A stretch of 59,989 bases of DNA, the filler included, from Sphacelaria rigidula (Eukaryota): NCBI GenBank assembly GCA_964200075.2. It is 9 parts of 9 records of this genome, joined end to end, with 100 filler letters (N's around TTAATTAATTAA, not from the genome) between each part and the next. Parts side by side here need not be neighbours in the genome. Positions count along the whole stretch, not along the records: positions 46,738 to 53,313 come from CAXNAA020019261.1; positions 53,414 to 59,989 come from CAXNAA020019262.1; 7 more parts are not named here. The stretch is one strand, 5' to 3'. Below are positions 52,133 to 59,989 of the stretch, piece after piece. Position 1 is the stretch's first letter; every line of letters starts with the position of its first letter. The position numbers and the translations under genes are program-made. The notes beneath the pieces were generated by a model. That model had not been told where the DNA came from. It did no database searches and was given only the letters and a program-made list of their open reading frames with translations.

Positions 52133-52657
52133 CTGGATTCCCAGACAAAGTGAGCGGTTTTGGCGACGATCGCCAACAAGCAGAAGTAACGAGTACCCAC
52201 TTAGACGTTGGAGGTAAAAATTCGGGACCCATGGGAACACTCAAGTCCCTCCCTCTGCGAGGACCAGTCGTTACTAGTATGTCATCCTCGGCCAGCGTGT
52301 CACATTTCTACTCCTTGCTGCCGAGGCAGGACGCTTCATGCAGTTCCGTTTGCTCGGAAAACTCCGGCAGCTCGTCACCACAGGGAAACTTCACCTTTTG
52401 TATTATTCATCATGCAATACAATTTGTCCAAACGGCTGGGGGCCCTACGAAGCTACCATATCCTACTGAGGTCTGACCCCGGAAGGGCTCGACAGGTGAA
52501 ACTACACAAGCGTGTTCGTACTCTGGTGGGGGAGATCAGTCGTGGATCCGGTCCACTACTGTCAAGACCATGCACGGTTTCTTCGCGTTGGTCGTACTCA
52601 ACGTTCCCGAGTGAAAGGCCAGCAAGCATCATCATGACGCAAATAGTGAAGCTTCAT

Positions 52658-52818
52658 ATGTTAGATGTACAACATATCCACTGAGCTAACAGTTAACCGT
52701 CCACCAGTCTAACCAACTGTCGGACCCCGGTTGTAATTTTGTTAGATGTACAACATACCCACTGAGCTAACCGTTAGCGCTGACTGCTAGCTCAGTGAAT
52801 ATGTTGTACATCTAACAT
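52658..52818. repeat. Small inverted/direct repeat element (MITE-like)
   Basis: TGTTAGATGTACAACATAYCCACTGAGCTA occurs twice directly (52659, 52740) and once inverted (ending 52817); CAT flanks both ends. Confidence 0.7.
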
Positions 52819-53938
52819 CATACATACGCTAATAAGACTACGCTAGACAGGCGGAAGACGAGTGCATGTTCATCTGCCGTACTGGACCGCACCTGCCGCC
52901 AGGATGGTGATGGGATTGGAGCCGTACTCGGCGAAAGGCACGTCTCGGGTTAGCGACATCCAGTAACACTCCGCCATATGAGCGGCCTGATTTTGCAGTC
53001 ATTCCCAACAAAGAGCAGCACCAGCCAACAACAACCATTGCAGAAGGTGGGCATTGAAATCGCACCATAAGGTACGGTACAGAGTGCATGTCAAGAACTG
53101 CGCTGTGCATGAGAGAACACAACACAGCGCGATCATGTTCTAGCGGCTCACTTCGTCAATACCTCAGCAGCACACAACGGAGGGGGTACAATCAAGGGAT
53201 TCGTATTTCCGGTTGTAAGGGCCATGTCCCAGCTTCCGCCGCCCCCGCCCCCCCCCCCCCCCCCCCGCGCCCCCGCCGCGCCACCCGCCTCCGCGCGCCG
53301 TCGGTCTATGGTTNNNNNNNNNNNNNNNNNNNNNNNNNNNNNNNNNNNNNNNNNNNNTTAATTAATTAANNNNNNNNNNNNNNNNNNNNNNNNNNNNNNN
53401 NNNNNNNNNNNNNGGGGGCGTACTCATTTGTTGCTTGCCTTAGTCATTTGACCGTTGACCACGCATCCCTTTCGAGACGGAGCATTTATAGCGTTGGGGG
53501 GGGGATATTTGATTCCACGGAAAAACGGTGCTCATAGGTGTACCAGACGACCTAGCACACTCGCCGTGCGCTTGTGTTTGAGTGAAAACGGTGTGGAGCA
53601 GTACGAATGAGTGTGCCGAGTGTGTCCAAGCAAGACCTGCTGCTTGCGATTTCGAGTTGAATTGGCATTTCGGTGAACGACATGACCCACAGTCCCCACC
53701 CTCTCCCCTCCTATCGTGGGATGACTCTGCCGCAAAACCCCTCGCGCCGAAAAATCCGACGCTAGGGTCGTCGTATCGGGTCTGCTGCCGTGTCGTGCAG
53801 CACGAAACCAACTCTATCGGCATTCATGATCATCGCCTCCGCGCACTTTTTGGGCCGGTTCGGTACGGGGCTATCTCAATCGATCAATCAACCAACCAAT
53901 CAACGGATCAATCGATCGATCTCAAGATGTCGAATTCG

Positions 53939-54987
53939 CACACGTCGGGGAATTCATGAGTAAAAACTCAGTTACGCTGTATAGCTCACCGGCCGATTAC
54001 ATGCACCGCTGAGTTGTCTTCTATAACTCACCCGGCCAGAACATGCACCGTTGTATTATCTTCTACGACTCAACCGGCCAGAATGTGCATCGCTGAGTGT
54101 ATGCTCTATCACCCACTTGGCCAGAATATGCACCGCTGAGTCATCTTCTATAACTCACCCAGCCAGAATGTGTATCGCTGAGTTATCTTTTACAAGTCAC
54201 CTTGCCAGAACATGCACCGTTCAATTATTGTTCACAACTCACAGCTGAGATATCGGAAAATGAGTTATACAGTGCAACTCACCCGACCTGAAAGATGTGG
54301 AAAACAGGGGCAAACGCTAGGCACTTGTGTAAGTGGACACACGCAGGTCTGCCGGTGCATGTAGCGTGAGAAACGTCGGGGTAAGTTTGCATAATAACAA
54401 ATACTGCCGCAGGTATATCATAAATGCATACTCGTACGCGAGCACATAGTGAAGGATCATACGAAATGATGAGGGGTAAAAATCTTGTCTCTGTGTACAG
54501 AACTCGTAACACATGAGTGAGGTCCACGTCCCTCTCTCTTTTCAAACGATCAGTTACTGTATGTTGTACATGATAGTATGAATCGCCCGGCCAGATTTTG
54601 CAGCCATGAGTTATTATCTGAAGTCACCCGACCAAAAGGTGCACCGCTGGGTTATCCTCTACTGTATATCTCACCCGACCAAAAGATGCACCGCTGAGCT
54701 ATGCCGTGTAACTCGCCTGAAAAAGGTGTCCACCGCTGGGTCATGTTCTGCAGTTCACCCCACCAGGATGCGCACCGCTGAGTTATGCTGTATAACTCAC
54801 CCGGCCAGAATGTGCACCGCTGAGGTATGCAGAATAACTCACCCGGCCAGATTTTGCATAGCTGATTTATGCTGTATAACTCACCCAGCCAGATTTTGCA
54901 TCGCTGAGTTATGCTGTATAACTCACAGGTGAGTTATGCGGAAAAGAGGTGACTCGTGTTAACCTGAGTTGAGTTGTCCGACGTGTG
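53939..54987. mobile_element. Non-autonomous TIR element (CACACGTCGG termini) with a ~41-bp ACTCACCCGGCCAGA satellite
   Basis: Perfect inverted CACACGTCGG (53939-53948) / CCGACGTGTG (54978-54987); satellite arrays at ~53975-54290 and ~54580-54930. Confidence 0.8.
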
Positions 54988-55766
54988 CAACTTTGAGACC
55001 CGGTTTTCGTTTTTTTTGCCCAGAGCGCGCGATGTTGCCTCCTTGCCCATGTACGGACAAGAAAATAAATCGGAATAAAACAGACGGGATGGTGGTGTAT
55101 GGCAAGTGAGTACAGTTTTGAGTGATGTGCCAGCAGAGCTTTCCTATATCCCCGCTAGCCCCAAATAACACCATGTCCTTGGATATCACTTTTTTTGGCC
55201 ACACTTTGCCGATTTTGGCCACTTCTGTACACTTTTGGGACATTCTGATACCCCGCGGTGTCTATCCACACAGAAAAAGCTACACACCTTGATTGCATGT
55301 ACACGTGTGGAACTGCGCTGGCTAACCAACCACTGCATCCGAAATTGACCAGAGACAACATTTTCAGTGATATCAATTTAGCTTTTCGGCCAAACGCCTT
55401 TCCCCTGCAGACACGTGTAATTTTTTGCTCCGAGCGTCCGAGAAGCCAGGGTTTCGTCTATACTTGAATTCTGGAGTACTCCTAGTATTTAATCGTGTTG
55501 CGTTTTCGTCAGATGACTTCCCTGCGGATAGGTGTCAGTTTTCCTAAAGATGTCCGACATGCCAGCATTTTGTCTTTACTCGACTTTTGATGGCGTCTCT
55601 TTTGGTATTTTTATCGTCCTGTAAAACTCTCTGAAGCCAGTGTTCGGTCTTTGTTTTTGCTTGATATTGGAATCAAACTGGCTCACCCTCTTTTTCTCAA
55701 GCAATTCACTGACATTAGTGTGCATTCTGGTTCTGCTTGGGCGTGGAGTATACCATCTGTTTTCAA

Positions 55767-56208
55767 CACGGGATCTTACAAATTGGGGGTGAATCTTTCA
55801 TTGGGGATGAGGAACCCGGATAACTAAAATCTTCGTATCCACACCAAATCTTCGAAGCATTATTCCATTTCTTCACCTATTGATAGCTATTGACAACTGC
55901 TACACGCCGTAGAAATTTGGATTTCGATCACCAAAATGTTGCGACCCTAGGTGATAAACCAATTTCGGAACCATTTTGGCGTCCGTTCGGACATCCATAA
56001 TTGCCCCAAATTGGTTTATCACCTAGGACCCCAACATTTCGGTCATCGAGATCCAAATTTGTATGACGCGTAGTTGTTGTCAAAAGCTATCAGTAAGTGA
56101 AGAAATGGAACACCATATTTCGAAGATTTGGTGTGGATACGAAGATTTTCATTATCCGGGTTTCTCATCCCCGATAAAAGATCCATCCCCAATTCGTAAG
56201 ATCCCGTG
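55767..56208. mobile_element. Foldback/MITE: 442-bp near-perfect palindrome
   Basis: CACGGGATCTTAC / GTAAGATCCCGTG termini; arms pair over ~200 bp; homologous to 34157-34595. Confidence 0.88.
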
Positions 56209-56412
56209 CTTTTCCGCGCTGTGTTCTCTGCATGGGCGTTGTGACGCTGCGACGCCGTTTCCTGCGCTGCATCTCAGCGGACCCTTCGCACGCATGGGCA
56301 TTGTGTCATGGCGTGGCTGCATTTGGAATCGACATCGTTTTCACTTGATCCTGTCCATGTGATAAAATCGGGAGGAAACGGCGTGGAATCGGAAGAAAAC
56401 GACAGAAGGATG

Positions 56413-56830
56413 CACGGTTAGGACGAATGAAATCGCGATTCAGCTGCTCATATTCATCATTCCAACGAATCAAATGATGTGATTCGTACATCATTTGTAA
56501 TTTATACAGCTTTTCAGCTCGTGAGTCGTGCAGTACATGTAAAACAGGTACCTGTTTCCTACCTTCCGTGAATACGGGGGGTAAGTATATCACGGGCACA
56601 CATGAATCCCCTGTACTGCACAGCAATTTGAATGAACCGATTGTACATGCCACGCACTTCTTACCACCATGAGGCGGGAACGTCATGTACAACTTGCTTG
56701 GCCGAGTCGTTCGAGGCGAGCGCTCGTATGTTTTTCCCACCTTCGGGTTAATGCGGGACCAACAATTTGATGAGGTTGAATCCTGTCACTTCGTGGGCCC
56801 TGAATCACGCGTACTTTTCTCCCATCTTTA
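56413..56830 (-). repeat. Diverged copy of the 39-bp-satellite element of 20093-21717
   Basis: Begins CACGGTTAGGACGAATGAAATCGCGATTC, the reverse complement of the 20447/21717 terminus. Confidence 0.7.
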
Positions 56831-57595
56831 ATGCTCGCAAGATGCTTGCACTGCATATGTGTTATCCACCCTCCACCCTCGGCTCAGCGGGGCCAACAAG
56901 TTTTACAGGTAGAATCCTGTCATTTCATGGGGAGTCAACTCGTGTGAACCCTGATTCGTCCACACCTTGGACAATATGTAGTCAATAGTTGCATTCGACA
57001 AGAAACGTACTGCGTAAAGTATTGGCCTATTGCGACTCTTGTCAGCCGGCAATAGTCGCAATAGGCCTACACTTTATGCAGCACACTTCTCGTCTATTGC
57101 ATCTATTGACCATACATTGTCCAGGGTGTGGATTCGTCCTAACCATGGAAGGGTGTGAGTCGGTCAGCGTGCCACCTCTCTCGACTGGGCACAGTCAACT
57201 CTCGGGGCAGGGAAGCTCTAATGTCTCGAGCGTGTTTTTGATATCACACGCGTATCCCTTTCTGTCTCTTCCCGCCTGTGCGTCTGTTGCGGCATTTTTT
57301 CTATCATGAGCAATGGCTACATGCAACACTTTTTCCCAGTTTTTTTTTTCTTTCTTTTTCTCAGATTTTGATTCAAATTAAATTGAACCAGCATCATTTG
57401 TTCCGTTTTTTTTTTCCCCACCTTTTTGAATTAACATCGTTTGCGCTTGAATCGGCAGTATCGGCATCATGTTTTTCGACATCTCCTTCAGCGCGGGTCA
57501 TTGAAATTGCACGCATATCCCATCGTTTCAACTCTCATCTCCTTTTTCACTGATAAAAACCATGCGATATTTATCAGAGAGTTTCGTTTATTTAT

Positions 57596-57757
57596 TTTTT
57601 GTCATTTCAGAGTGCAAATATCTCAGGATCAGAGCGTAACAAAAAAATATTTCCCCTTCTGTCAAATGTGGTATTCTCTTGGATCTTTCTCGTTGAGGTG
57701 CTCTTTTTTATTCTGCACTCTGATCGTGAGATATTTGCACTCTAAAGTAGCAAAAAA
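57596..57757. repeat. Inverted repeat/hairpin with 26-bp core arms
   Basis: 57609-57634 vs 57718-57743 with one mismatch. Confidence 0.8.
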
Positions 57758-58753
57758 GGTTTTCCCGAAATTCCCTTCTGTTGCTATGGTTGATGATTTT
57801 CTGTGCTCGCGTTTAGCGCTCCTTCATGTTTGGCTTCTCGTGCCGAATGGTCGCCTGGGGCACCGGATCTTTTGTGAGGTATTTCAAACTCCAGGTTCCC
57901 GATATTTCCACCAGTAACTTTCAGTCAAATAAACCGGGACCCTCAAGTTCGAGATACCTCAAAGGAGTCAGTATCAAATACTTTTATTGCATCGTGTCTG
58001 CGCTTACTTTTTCGGGGTCCTAGTTGATTTTAATTTGACTGCCTTACAATTTATTTTCGGTAACTATAGTCTTGTGACCACGCTAGGCGTCCGCATCAGA
58101 TGGCCAGTACGGGCGTAGAAGTACTGAGCAGATATCGGCACGGTTTTACATATGACGAAAGCAACAACTGTCTCTGTACTGTTTTTGCAGCAGCTGCTGC
58201 GGCTCATGAGTTGCTGGATGCAACGATACGCGAGCTCCTTTTTCCAAAGATTTGAACCGACATCGGGATAGATCAGCGGGTACTGACCCTATTTTTGTGC
58301 GTGTGCTGTGCGCGCGCGTCTCATGCACAGCATCCTTCCTCAATGAACTGATATAGGCAGCTGCGGCTTTTTCTTCAAACTATGCCAGGTGCCATCACGC
58401 AACGCAGATGACTTTCACCGGTGCGTTCTCAAGTATCTTAACTCGCGATCCACTGAGCGTGTCGACGAAAAAGCCGCCGAAACCCTTGTGTATATGTGCC
58501 CAGCTACTTCTGGTCACTGTTCATATGGCAGAGGCCTGCCATTTCTTTTTCTATCTTTTTCTTCATTTCTTTCCTGTTCATGCCTTTAGTCCACTATGTT
58601 GTTCTGTTCTACCTTCTCTGTTTATTTGTTTTTTTTCTTCAGCGAGTGTTCCAGTTTTCTTTTGTCTCGGGTAGGTCTATCATGTGACCCACGGCTGGAT
58701 CCCTGGGGGGTCAGGTAAAGTGCAACAATCAAACCAATCGAATCAATAAATGT

Positions 58754-58910
58754 CCATAATTTCATATCCTGGACAAAAGAACACACAGTCAACAAGTGTA
58801 CTGCGTACAGTATCGACTATTGCGTCTGTTGCAGCAGGCAATATATTCCATACTGTACGTGGTATATTTTGACAATGGAATCTTTTGTCCAGGGTGTGCA
58901 TGATTTATGG
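58754..58910. repeat. Imperfect ~157-bp palindrome (MITE-like)
   Basis: CCTGGACAAAAGA / TCTTTTGTCCAGG plus inner CGTACAGTAT / ATACTGTACG pairing. Confidence 0.7.
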
Positions 58911-59816
58911 CAGCGCACCCTCCAAGTGAATATCTGTATATGTAACACTATCTTCACTTTTGGGGAGTGTTTTATCGTATGTTTTTTTTTCATGTAGGTT
59001 CGTGGGACAATGAATCAATCGCGCACCTGAGCGGTTTGTCGCTTGCGTGCCAGAGGAATTTTTGCTCGGAACATTGTCCCAGGCCGTTACGTTGTTTTTT
59101 ACCTGTTATACGATAGCCCGCCACAGAAACGTTTATTAGGGGCGGAAAGTTCATACAGAAACCAGATATTTCCAAGGATCAATGCGTACACATGTATGTT
59201 GCTGAGGGAAGTTTACCCACTAGTGTCTCAGCAGGTACGCTGATGTTTGCAGTGTTGAGGGTGGATGAACGAACGAAAAGTTGCTGATGCGACATATATT
59301 TTTATCCTAATTCGTTGGTAACATTCAAATAAACAGTTTAAAAACAAGGAAAAACCGTTTGAAACTGTCACCCAAGGCTTTTCTTGCATGTTTTTCCCTA
59401 CGCGTATCATTTTATTTTCCTCTTTTTTCGCTGGGGTCGACCACGATTTTTGCTTTTTGAATGCATCCGGAGCGTATATATATATATATATATTTCCTAT
59501 CAACATATTGATTAATGAATGAATAAATAAATGAATGGATGTTTGTTGGGATACATATATTTATATATATTATTGGACAGGGGGAAAACAACATTTCGAG
59601 TGCTTGATAAACACACATGATACTGTGCAGTTCAGTTTCCGCCTGGAACAACAGAATCAGAATTGCCAGGCCACCTGCAATGAAGTACAATCTACCCGGG
59701 TTGTAATGGGAAGAGGTCGGCTTTCCTGACTCAAGTTGGGGGTGCTGCTCATCTGTTATGTCCCCGTACTGTCGCACGCTCCTGTCGTGCTTATCTTGGT
59801 ATGTCCTGTTCCACAG

Positions 59817-59904
59817 GCGAAGAAGCGGAGGGGGACCCCCGATGAAGAACTACCGCCAGGACAACAAAACGATTATCAGGGAAATACAGGCGCAAAACAG
59901 ACAG
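59817..59904 (+). CDS. Candidate internal exon of an unknown gene (one open frame reads RRSGGGPPMKNYRQDNKTIIREIQAQNRQ)
   Basis: Pyrimidine-rich TTCCACAG acceptor and CAG|GTGTGT donor; reading frame uncertain. Confidence 0.4.
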
Positions 59905-59989
59905 GTGTGTATGTATGTATGTATGAATGTATGTATGTACTTCCTCCAACACATAAGTAAAGTCGGTTATGGGCTTTCGATCGTTTGCG

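Overview
Eukaryotic, intron-rich and repeat-rich DNA, almost certainly from a brown alga (Phaeophyceae): it contains vanadium-haloperoxidase exons, an exon resembling Ectocarpus-type 'polymorphic outer membrane protein', long G/C tracts and TTAGGG motifs. The window is not a continuous locus. It is nine length-sorted contigs (five of 6577 bp, then four of 6576 bp) joined by identical 100-bp N44-TTAATTAATTAA-N44 spacers, so nothing can be inferred across spacers. Host gene fragments are: a three-exon DDHD phospholipase segment, two vanadium haloperoxidase exons just upstream of it, a two-exon Lys/Arg/Ser-rich protein, a cNMP-binding exon, a large PMP/adhesin-like exon and a few weaker exons. 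Most other identifiable sequence is mobile or repetitive DNA: two tRNA-derived SINE families (one copy nested inside another with an 11-bp TSD), two degenerate LINEs, a Ty3/Gypsy-like protease remnant, several MITE/foldback elements, and non-autonomous elements that share a CAC-NNN-TCGG terminus but carry different ~40-bp internal satellites. No prokaryotic-type system (CRISPR, operon) is supported. All protein and family calls are from motif recognition by eye, not from database searches.
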